NCBI RefSeq assembly: GCF_003149375.1
Contig: NZ_QFWH01000001.1
Location: 419,593-483,592 of the forward strand
Length of the DNA stretch: 64,000 bases
DNA from: Vampirovibrio chlorellavorus
Lineage (GTDB): Bacteria; Cyanobacteriota; Vampirovibrionia; Vampirovibrionales; Vampirovibrionaceae
Direction of reading: 5' to 3'
In this document: positions 25,693-33,762 of the stretch, piece by piece
How positions within the stretch are numbered: position 1 is the stretch's first letter
Layout: the number at the start of each line of letters is the position of its first letter
Program-made: the position numbers and the translations under genes
Notes under the pieces: generated by a model
Databases searched by the model: none
Seen by the model: only the letters and a program-made list of their open reading frames with translations
What the model was told of the DNA's origin: nothing

Positions 25693-26328
25693 TTAAGTGG
25701 GGCTGAGCAGCCGGATATTATCCACAAAACCCAAAATCCAGCCCAATAAAAACAGCTGGGTGGCAAAGGGCGTGGCCAGAACGATCAGCGCCCGTTCGAT
25801 GGTCATGCGATAAGTCACCATCAGGGCCATGCCAAATAAGTAAACGCTCCACAGCCAGATGGCCAGGGTGGCGACTATGGCCAACGCGTTCCCCACCGGG
25901 CCAAGGCCGAATTTAATCAGGCTAACGGGCCCCAGCAGAAGCCAGGGAAGGGTCGCCAGCCCGGAGAGCGTCAAAAATTGTCCGATTCTGGCCTTTCCGG
26001 TGAAGGCGAAAGCCAGCAAGCCCGTGCAGAGTCCGGTAAAGGCCCAGGTGAACACACCGGTCAGGGCGCTCAAGGGAATGGCCCAGCTCAAACCAACGGC
26101 GTCTCCTCCCCGATTGGCCAGCTGAACGGCTGGAGCCAGGGCTGAAATTAGAACCACGGCGCATAGGGCGTGAAAGTACACCCGATTGGGCAGGGTGTCT
26201 GTTTCAGTCAGGGTTTTAAAAGTCGCCACCGGATGAAACAGGCTGTTATAAAGAGTATCAAGCGGGTCGGAGAATCCGGGTTGCGGATTCTCGGAGCTGG
26301 CGTATTCTTCGGTCATTGTTGCGTTCAT
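25693..26328 (-). CDS. Yip1-family polytopic membrane protein
   Basis: The N-terminal LYNSLFHPVATF is followed by 5 predicted TM helices, a Yip1/DUF1282-like topology. Confidence 0.5.
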   Translation of the reverse strand: MNATMTEEYASSENPQPGFSDPLDTLYNSLFHPVATFKTLTETDTLPNRVYFHALCAVVLISALAPAVQLANRGGDAVGLSWAIPLSALTGVFTWAFTGLCTGLLAFAFTGKARIGQFLTLSGLATLPWLLLGPVSLIKFGLGPVGNALAIVATLAIWLWSVYLFGMALMVTYRMTIERALIVLATPFATQLFLLGWILGFVDNIRLLSPT

Positions 26329-26337
26329 GAGTGCTGA

Positions 26338-27393
26338 TTACTCCAGGATCCAGAGGGGCTGGTTGGTGTAGCGCATACTGACCGGAAGCATTTTCAGGGC
26401 CAGGGCGGCGGAATCCTGAGCGCCAGAAGAGAACAGCCCTTCGGGTTTTATTCCCAGAAATTCCAGCAGGTGAAAGTTTTCTTGCGCATTTTCCAGCGGG
26501 AGGCGTTCTTTACCCTTCAGGAGAAACTTTTCCTTGGCCAGTCGATCCAGCTCGGTGTAGGCCAGATCCCAGTCGCCCAGCTTGTCAGCCAGTCCGGCCT
26601 CCAGGGCCTGCCGTCCGGTGACCACACGTCCGTCGGCCACGGCCTTGATTTTGGCCGTCAACGCAGCCTTCCTGGCGGTGTCCTTGATGAAGCGGGTGCG
26701 GCCTTCGATGACCGTACTGAGGAAGTCGTGATAGCTGTCGTTGATCACGGTCTGGATCAGGTTGATTTCATCCGGGCGGGGCTTGCGGTAGGGGGAAAGC
26801 AGGTCTTTGAATTTGCCGCTTTTCACCGTCACGGCGTGGACACCCAATTTGTTGTTCAGCAGGTCGCTGAGTTCCACGGTGCTGATGATCACCCCGATGG
26901 AGGCGGTTAACGTGCCGGGGTTGGTTACAATCATATCGGCGGCGCAGGCGGTGTAATAGCCGCCACTGGCCGCCAGATCGCCCATGCTGACTACCACCGG
27001 CTTTTTCTTGCTGACCCGTTTCACGGCGGCGTTCAGCTCCTGACTCATGCCCACCGTACCCCCGGGGGAATTAATGCGCAGCAACACGCCTTTCACGCTG
27101 TCATCCTTGGCGGCCTCATCCAGGCCCTTACGCACGGTGACGGCGTTGGATTCACTGGGGAAGAGGCCGTTGTCGTTCCCGCCATCCATAGTGATGGGGC
27201 CGCTCAGTTCTAAAAGGGCCAGATGGGGCTTTTTATTGAACAGGGCAGAGACGTTGCTGCCGCTGATCTCCGGCTTGGCTTTGGCGGATTCCCGGACAAT
27301 TCGGGCAGAGTTGAAAATGCCCACCACCAGGGCCAATAACGAAAAGGTCAGCAAGCCCAAGGCGACTTGGCGTGAAGTGATCTGGGTGTTCAA
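26338..27393 (-). CDS. sppA: Signal peptide peptidase SppA (36K type, S49 family)
   Basis: An N-terminal TM is followed by an S49 ClpP-like fold. The motifs are MGDLAASGGYYTACAADMIVTNPGTLTASIGV and KPVVVSM. Confidence 0.9.
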   Translation of the reverse strand: MNTQITSRQVALGLLTFSLLALVVGIFNSARIVRESAKAKPEISGSNVSALFNKKPHLALLELSGPITMDGGNDNGLFPSESNAVTVRKGLDEAAKDDSVKGVLLRINSPGGTVGMSQELNAAVKRVSKKKPVVVSMGDLAASGGYYTACAADMIVTNPGTLTASIGVIISTVELSDLLNNKLGVHAVTVKSGKFKDLLSPYRKPRPDEINLIQTVINDSYHDFLSTVIEGRTRFIKDTARKAALTAKIKAVADGRVVTGRQALEAGLADKLGDWDLAYTELDRLAKEKFLLKGKERLPLENAQENFHLLEFLGIKPEGLFSSGAQDSAALALKMLPVSMRYTNQPLWILE

Positions 27394-27608
27394 TGTGGTT
27401 CTCCTAGCCTCTCTCCGAATGGTGTCTCAAAATCCGACGATTTCACCGCAACCAGTGGCGCACAGTCTATTGTACCGTACCTTGCCGGAATGGAGTACGC
27501 GGCGGTTCATTTGTCCTAAAACCGAACATTTAACCCTTTGGCTTCCCGCGCGCTTTTTACACAATGCGAGGGTACAGTTTGTCTTGCGCTGGTGGAAACG
27601 GAGCGTTC

Positions 27609-29204
27609 ATGATTGCGACGGTTTATACAGGTTCCCTGACGGGGTTGGATGCCCATCCCGTGGTGGTAGAGGTCGATTTGAGCGCCGGATTGCCGGGGTT
27701 AACCATTGTGGGCTTGCCGGATACCGGGGTTAACGAGTCCAAGGAACGCATTAAGGCGGCTATTAAAAACAGCGGATTCGCCTTTCCATTGAAGAAGGTG
27801 GTCATTAATCTGGCGCCTGCGGCCTTGCGCAAGGAGGGCACCGGCTTTGATTTGCCGCTGTGTGTGGGCATTCTGCTGGCCGCGGAATATCTGACCCCCA
27901 CGCCCTTTTTGGAGAAGGCCTGCTTTATCGGGGAAGTGTCTCTGGAGGGCTCCTTGCGGCGAGTAAACGGGGTGCTTTCCATGGCCCTGATGGCCAAGCA
28001 GGAAGGTTATACAGCCTTGATCGTGCCGGATGAGAATGTGCTGGAAGCCTCTTTGGTAGAAGGGCTAGAGGTTTACGGGCTCAAGCATCTGAATGAACTG
28101 CCGGTGCTGTTTTTGCATCCGCCCAGTTTTTTAAAGCCGGTGGATCGGACGGCCCTGATTGCCTCCGCCACGGAATTACCGGTTCCCTCGGTCGATTTTG
28201 CCCATATTAAAGGGCAGGCCGTTGCCAAACGGGCCTTGGAGATCGCTGCCGCGGGCGGACACAACATGATGATGCTGGGGCCGCCGGGAAGTGGGAAATC
28301 CATGCTGGCCAAAGCCTTTGCCGGGATTCTACCGCCTTTATCCTTTGGGGAGGTGCTGGAAGTCAGCCGGATTTACAGCGTGGCCGGTCTGCTGGCCCAG
28401 GAGCCGGGTAGCACGCAACAAAGTCTCATGCGTCAGCGACCTTTTCGGGCGCCCCACCATTCGGCTTCCAAGGCCGGTATCACCGGAGGCGGTAGCCATC
28501 CCCGACCGGGCGAAATCACCCTGGCCCATCGGGGGGTGTTGTTTCTGGATGAATTTGTGGAGTTTCCCCGCAATGTGCTGGAGGTGATGCGTCAGCCTCT
28601 GGAAGATGGGGTGGTGACCATCAGCCGAGCGCATCAAAATATCACCTATCCAGCCAAGTTTATGCTGTTGGCGGCGCTGAATCCCTGTCCTTGCGGTTAT
28701 GCGGGCGATAGCGTGAAGCAATGCACCTGTAGCGAAATGCAAATTGCCCGATATTTACAGAAGCTATCGGGCCCTTTGCTGGATCGCATTGATATTCATC
28801 TGGAAGTACCCCGCCTGAATGAAAGTGAATTGCTCAATCAGCAAACCCATCAGGAGCCGGGTGCTTCCAGCGCCGAAGTTCGGGAGCGGGTGATTCAGGC
28901 TCGGCAACGGCAGGCCTTGCGCTTTGCGGGGGAGGGCATTCTGTGTAACGCCGAGATGACCCCGCTGCAAATCAAAAATGCCTGCCTGCTGGATACGGCT
29001 GGGCAGGGGCTCATGCAAAAGGCCATCCAGAAAATGCACCTGAGCGCCCGAACGTTTGATCGGATTTTGCGCATGGCCCGAACCATCGCCGATTTGGAGC
29101 AATCCGAGGGGGTCAAGGCCGCTCATATCGCAGAAGCCCTTCAGTATCGCTCCATCGATAAGCTGTATCGACTGCAAAAAGGCGCTCAAAGCAAGGCCGG
29201 TTAG
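27609..29204 (+). CDS. yifB: YifB/ComM-family Mg-chelatase-like AAA+ ATPase
   Basis: MIATVYTGSLTGLDAHPVVVEVDL. The Walker A is GPPGSGKS, the Walker B is VLFLDE, and the C-terminal ChlI-like domain is present. The start is Met16 of the ORF. Confidence 0.9.
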   Translation: MIATVYTGSLTGLDAHPVVVEVDLSAGLPGLTIVGLPDTGVNESKERIKAAIKNSGFAFPLKKVVINLAPAALRKEGTGFDLPLCVGILLAAEYLTPTPFLEKACFIGEVSLEGSLRRVNGVLSMALMAKQEGYTALIVPDENVLEASLVEGLEVYGLKHLNELPVLFLHPPSFLKPVDRTALIASATELPVPSVDFAHIKGQAVAKRALEIAAAGGHNMMMLGPPGSGKSMLAKAFAGILPPLSFGEVLEVSRIYSVAGLLAQEPGSTQQSLMRQRPFRAPHHSASKAGITGGGSHPRPGEITLAHRGVLFLDEFVEFPRNVLEVMRQPLEDGVVTISRAHQNITYPAKFMLLAALNPCPCGYAGDSVKQCTCSEMQIARYLQKLSGPLLDRIDIHLEVPRLNESELLNQQTHQEPGASSAEVRERVIQARQRQALRFAGEGILCNAEMTPLQIKNACLLDTAGQGLMQKAIQKMHLSARTFDRILRMARTIADLEQSEGVKAAHIAEALQYRSIDKLYRLQKGAQSKAG

Positions 29205-29311
29205 CCGTTGGGACGTTTGCGGGTGTTGTAGGCAATTTTGAGGAGCCAGTGACCTTTAACAGATCGAAAACTATTGGCTGGATCTTATTTTTTAACCTAC
29301 AATACGACACT

Positions 29312-31243
29312 ATGAGCATTATCGAAAAAGCAGATGTCATCGTCATTGGCGCTGGTCACGCCGGGATTGAAGCGGCCATGGCGGCTGCCCGACTGGGGTG
29401 CAAAACCCTGTTGATGACCATGAATCTGGATACCATCGGCCAGATGAGCTGCAACCCAGCCATTGGCGGCCCGGCCAAAAGCCAGTTGGTGAAGGAGATT
29501 GACGCATTGGGCGGGGTCATGGGCATTTGCGCCGATGCCACTTATCTGCAACTGAAAACGCTCAACGCCAGCAAGGGGCCAGCGGTTCGCGCCTTGCGGG
29601 CTCAGTCGGACAAGGCCGAGTACCGTGCCTTTGCCCGTAAATTGGTGGAGTCTGAGCCCAATCTCAAGTTGCGGCAGACCATGATCACCAAATTGCACGT
29701 CAATCCAACCGATAACAGTTTTAACGCCGTAGAAGACAACCTGGGCATTGTTTATCAGGCCAAGGCTTTGGTGATTACCACGGGCACCTTCCTTAACGGC
29801 AAGCTGTGGGTGGGTGAAAAAAGCATGGGCGGTGGCCGCCCCGGAGAATCTGGCTCTTATGGCATCACCGGGTGCCTGGCCGATTTGGGCTTAAAAACGG
29901 GCCGCCTGAAGACAGGGACACCACCGCGTCTGGATGGGCGCACCATTGATTTTGCTGGCCTGGAAGTGCATCCGGGGGATGCGGAACTTCGGTTTTTCTC
30001 CTTTTTGCCCAACCGGCCCGTGCGGGAACAAATGCCCTGCTACTTAACCCGTACCAATGAGTCTACCCACGCCCTGATTGACGAGAATTTACACCGCTCG
30101 CCCATGTATTCGGGCTTGTTGCAAGGGGCCGGGCCTCGTTATTGCCCCTCTATCGAGGATAAAGTCCAGCGGTTTCGGGATAAGGACAGTCACCATCTCT
30201 TCATTGAGCCGGAAGGCCGTGATACCTATGAGATGTACCTGCAGGGCTTTTCCACCTGTTTGCCCTATGAAATCCAGGTGGAAATGGTGCATTCTCTGCC
30301 GGGGCTGGAAAAAGCCGAGATTTTGCGGCCCGCCTGCGCGGTTGAGTACGATTATTTCCCCGCCTACCAGTTATTACCGTCCCTGATGACCAAAGTGGCC
30401 CCGGGCTTATTTTTAGCCGGCCAGATCAATGGCACCAGCGGCTATGAAGAAGCGGCGGCCCAAGGCTTGGTCGCAGGCATCAACGCCGCCCGGTTTTGTG
30501 GGGAGCAGGAACCGGTGGTGTTCACCCGGGAATCCTCCTATATTGGCACCCTGATTGACGATTTGGTGACCAAGGAAATCCATGAGCCCTACCGCATGCT
30601 GACCTCCCGCAGTGAGTACCGCTTGTTGCTGCGTCAGGACAATGCCGATCAGCGCCTAACCCCGCTGGGCCGGGAAATTGGTCTGGTGGATGCCCAGCGT
30701 TGGGAGGTCTTTCAGAAAAAGAATGAGGCCATTGCCGTTGAGCAGGAGCGTCTGAAAACGGTCAAGCTGGACCCCGTTGAAGGTGTGAACACCCTCTTGG
30801 AGTCTCAGTGCGGTGAAGTGATTCGTGAGAAAACGACTTTATTCCAGCTTTTGCGTCGTCCATCGGTAACCTACGAGGTGTTAAAACAGGTGGAGCCCGG
30901 TTGTATGCGGGTTGCTCAGGATGTTTTAGAGTACGTAGAGACGGAAATCAAGTACGAAGGGTACTTACAGCGGCAAAACCGGAATATTCAGCATTTGTCC
31001 GAAGCGCATAAGGTTAAACTGCCCTTGGATATGGACTACGCCAGTATCAAGCAGTTGTCCAACGAAGCGCGTGAGAAACTGAGCCGCATGAAACCGGCGG
31101 ACTTGGGTCAGGCTTCCCGCATTCCCGGGTTAACCCCCGCTGATATTTCCGTGTTGCAAATTTTAATGAGTCGTCAGAAGCAGGTGCAGGCTTTGGCGGA
31201 TGCTGAAACCGCTGAGGGTCCGAAAACGGAAGCCTCCGCCTGA
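29312..31243 (+). CDS. mnmG: tRNA uridine 5-carboxymethylaminomethyl modification enzyme MnmG (GidA)
   Basis: DVIVIGAGHAGIEAA is the FAD-binding motif. MSCNPAIGGPAKSQLVKEIDALGG is the GidA signature. The start is Met22 of the ORF. Confidence 0.95.
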   Translation: MSIIEKADVIVIGAGHAGIEAAMAAARLGCKTLLMTMNLDTIGQMSCNPAIGGPAKSQLVKEIDALGGVMGICADATYLQLKTLNASKGPAVRALRAQSDKAEYRAFARKLVESEPNLKLRQTMITKLHVNPTDNSFNAVEDNLGIVYQAKALVITTGTFLNGKLWVGEKSMGGGRPGESGSYGITGCLADLGLKTGRLKTGTPPRLDGRTIDFAGLEVHPGDAELRFFSFLPNRPVREQMPCYLTRTNESTHALIDENLHRSPMYSGLLQGAGPRYCPSIEDKVQRFRDKDSHHLFIEPEGRDTYEMYLQGFSTCLPYEIQVEMVHSLPGLEKAEILRPACAVEYDYFPAYQLLPSLMTKVAPGLFLAGQINGTSGYEEAAAQGLVAGINAARFCGEQEPVVFTRESSYIGTLIDDLVTKEIHEPYRMLTSRSEYRLLLRQDNADQRLTPLGREIGLVDAQRWEVFQKKNEAIAVEQERLKTVKLDPVEGVNTLLESQCGEVIREKTTLFQLLRRPSVTYEVLKQVEPGCMRVAQDVLEYVETEIKYEGYLQRQNRNIQHLSEAHKVKLPLDMDYASIKQLSNEAREKLSRMKPADLGQASRIPGLTPADISVLQILMSRQKQVQALADAETAEGPKTEASA

Positions 31244-31328
31244 TTGTTTGGGCCTTGCGGTTTGCCGTTTCGGGGTTTTGTGAATGGTGGGTTGACTCCT
31301 CCCGCTAATGGAAATTAAGCGCTTCGGT

Positions 31329-31355
31329 TAAAGCTCTGTTGTGTTTTGCCGAATC
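31329..31355 (+). promoter_or_regulatory. Sigma-28 (FliA)-like flagellar class III promoter (TAAAGctc-N11-GCCGAatc) about 125 nt upstream of fliJ
   Basis: Seen directly. It matches the TAAAGTTT-N11-GCCGATAA consensus at 6/8 and 5/8 positions with the exact 11-nt spacer. Confidence 0.45.
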
Positions 31356-31479
31356 CTCAATAAAATCCCAATACAAAGGATTGTCAGCGTATGGCCCTCC
31401 TCCTGAAGTGGCTGCCACGGACCGTCGTTTGTGACAGGATGAGACCCTGGTCAGCATTTACCGGAAAGCCCCTGAGATT

Positions 31480-31959
31480 ATGGCCCGCTTTGTCTACCGA
31501 TTGCAAAAAGTATTTGAGCTTCGAGAGCGCCGCAAAAAAGAGCAGGAGCAGCGCGTATTGGATGCTCAGAAGTATGTCCGTGAGGTGGAAATGGCCATTG
31601 AAGAAAAGAAGGATGAAATCCGTGATGTACAGAAAAACATGCTGGCCTCTCCGCATACATTAATGGCGGCGCATGACAGCTTTTTGCATCACCTCAACGG
31701 GCAACTGGATCAATTGCATGGGGATTTGAACTACGCCCAGTCCGAGCTGGAGTATGAGCGTCAGTTACTGATTAAGGCCCAGGCCGATTTGGAAGCCCTG
31801 GTCAAGCATAAGGAAAAGGCCCGGGAAGAATGGCTGGAAGAGGAAAAAAAGCTGGAAATGAAGCGCCTGGATGAAGTGGCGGGCCAGCGTTACTTTCGGG
31901 CTCAACTGGAAAAATCGGAAGAGGACGTTTTGTCTGAAGAAGAGGCGTTTGAATACTAA
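31480..31959 (+). CDS. fliJ: Flagellar export protein FliJ
   Basis: MARFVYRLQKVFELRERRKKEQEQRVLDAQKY... resembles the B. subtilis FliJ MAYQFRFQKLLELKENEKDQ. It is a 159-aa all-helical coiled-coil. Confidence 0.8.
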   Translation: MARFVYRLQKVFELRERRKKEQEQRVLDAQKYVREVEMAIEEKKDEIRDVQKNMLASPHTLMAAHDSFLHHLNGQLDQLHGDLNYAQSELEYERQLLIKAQADLEALVKHKEKAREEWLEEEKKLEMKRLDEVAGQRYFRAQLEKSEEDVLSEEEAFEY

Positions 31960-32030
31960 GTTTTCTCCTTGAAGTCAGTTTTCAAAGATCCATTTTTTAG
32001 AAAGTTATAAGTCAGAAGGAATCGAAGTGA

Positions 32031-32789
32031 ATGAAAATCGAAGATTCCCCCTTTCCCAATCGCTCCCCGGTTGAAAAATTGCGGGCCAATTCCTTGCAGA
32101 CGTCTTTTGAGTTTGCCCTGGATGAATTGGACATGTCTTTTCTGGAACTGCTGGACTCCATCAACACCAAGGCCGATGCCCGGAATCAGGCCTCGCTGCC
32201 GGGCGTGAAGGCTGATGCTGGATTGATGTCAGGCAAGGCCCCTGTGTCGGAATCCAAAAAAGTGGTGCGCTTGCCGGTACCCGAAAAAGCAGCGATTTCC
32301 GCCAAGGATGAAGGGGAGTTTAATACCGCGGTGGATGCCGATATGGTCTTAAAGCCGGATGATCTGACCCTGCTGGATATTCAGTATCTGAAGCAGGAGG
32401 TCATCCCGGGGCTGCCCATTTTGGTGGGTCAGGTGCCCTTTAACACGGTGTTTCCCACCGGTGGAGACGGGGAAATCAGTTACAAGGGCTTTGATGTGTC
32501 TCCCAAATTATCCGAGTTGATCGAAAAAGGGTTTAAGACCGGTCGGCCCATTCGGGTGGAGTTGGACGCCACTTCGGCTCTGGTGCTGAAGATTCGCAAT
32601 GGGCAGGTTTCCGCCGAGTTTGTTTCCGCCGATCGGGCCGCCGCCTTTGCCGTCCAGCAACAACTGGATGAACTGCGAAACCGAATGACCGCCCGCAATT
32701 TACCCGTGGGCACCCTGGAATACAAGTATCAAAACCCCCGGCAAAACCACAAGCAAGGGGATGAAGAAACCCCATCCCGCTCCGAGTGA
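32031..32789 (+). CDS. fliK: Flagellar hook-length control protein FliK-like, with a C-terminal Flg_hook-type domain
   Basis: The C-terminal GRPIRVELDATSALVLKIRNGQVSAEFVSADRAAAFAVQQQLDELRNRM matches the FliK C-domain pattern. Confidence 0.6.
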   Translation: MKIEDSPFPNRSPVEKLRANSLQTSFEFALDELDMSFLELLDSINTKADARNQASLPGVKADAGLMSGKAPVSESKKVVRLPVPEKAAISAKDEGEFNTAVDADMVLKPDDLTLLDIQYLKQEVIPGLPILVGQVPFNTVFPTGGDGEISYKGFDVSPKLSELIEKGFKTGRPIRVELDATSALVLKIRNGQVSAEFVSADRAAAFAVQQQLDELRNRMTARNLPVGTLEYKYQNPRQNHKQGDEETPSRSE

Positions 32790-32826
32790 GTACCAGGCCT
32801 GAACGTTAAACGGAGGACACCCCATC

Positions 32827-33663
32827 GTGATTGATCCATTTATCACCGCCTTAAATACCCAAAAGGCCGCTTTGGGCTGGTTTGATTCCTTGGCCTCCAA
32901 CATGACCAATATGTACACCCCCGGCTTCCGGGAAGTGAAAACCACTTTTGGGGATTTTGTGAATGGGGTGCAGTTGCTGGAATTGCCCCGCAATGAAGGG
33001 CAAGGCAAGTCCATGCCGGGCCGGGGCCCCAATAACCTGATGGTGGAGGGCAAAGGCTACTTTGTGGTTCGCAAGCCGGATGGCAAGCTGCTTTATACCC
33101 GCAATGGCGACTTTGATCTGAATGCGGAAGGCACCCTGGTGAATACGCAAGGCTACGTGGTGCAGGGTTACCTGCTGGGAGAAGATGGCCAGATGGTCAA
33201 CACGGGGGATTCCAATGCCTCGCCGGTGGCCAATAATCCCAACCACAGCGCCGGGGGGCCGGGACACATTCCCACGACTGAAATCAACATGTGGATGGAC
33301 CCCAGCAACGGTAAGTTTTTTGGAAAATACGACGAATACAAGGTGAAGTCCGATGGGACGGTGGTGGGGGTGGCCGATAAAGGGAAAACCATGACCCCCC
33401 TCTACAAAATTGCCCTGGTCAATTTCATTAACCCGGGTGCCCTGGGCATGCCGGAAGATCAGATGTTCGAGCCTACCGAGCTATCCGGTGAGCCCGTGGA
33501 AGGCTCCGGGGAAGTGCGGGTGGGTCTGCTGGAATCGTCCAACACGGATTTCAGAACCAACGCCAACTATCTGGCTCAGGCCAAGTTACAGCTGGATGTG
33601 ACCTCCAAGCTGATCAGTACCAACAAGACCCTGCTGGAAGAGGCCCTGCGTCTGATTCAGTAA
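32827..33663 (+). CDS. Flagellar hook/rod protein of the FlgE/FlgG family
   Basis: The N-terminal rod motif is MIDPFITALNTQKAALGWFDSLASNMTNMYTPGFRE. The C-terminal LLESSNTDFRTNANYLAQAKLQLDVTSKLISTNKTL is a Flg_bbr_C motif. Confidence 0.75.
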   Translation: MIDPFITALNTQKAALGWFDSLASNMTNMYTPGFREVKTTFGDFVNGVQLLELPRNEGQGKSMPGRGPNNLMVEGKGYFVVRKPDGKLLYTRNGDFDLNAEGTLVNTQGYVVQGYLLGEDGQMVNTGDSNASPVANNPNHSAGGPGHIPTTEINMWMDPSNGKFFGKYDEYKVKSDGTVVGVADKGKTMTPLYKIALVNFINPGALGMPEDQMFEPTELSGEPVEGSGEVRVGLLESSNTDFRTNANYLAQAKLQLDVTSKLISTNKTLLEEALRLIQ

Positions 33664-33762
33664 CTCGAGTCGCTTCCTCAAGATTTGGCGGGCCTGCTAC
33701 ACTGAATAGCGGGCCCGTCTTCGGGTTTGGTTGATCAGTCTGTTGACAAGGGAGAGCCGCCC

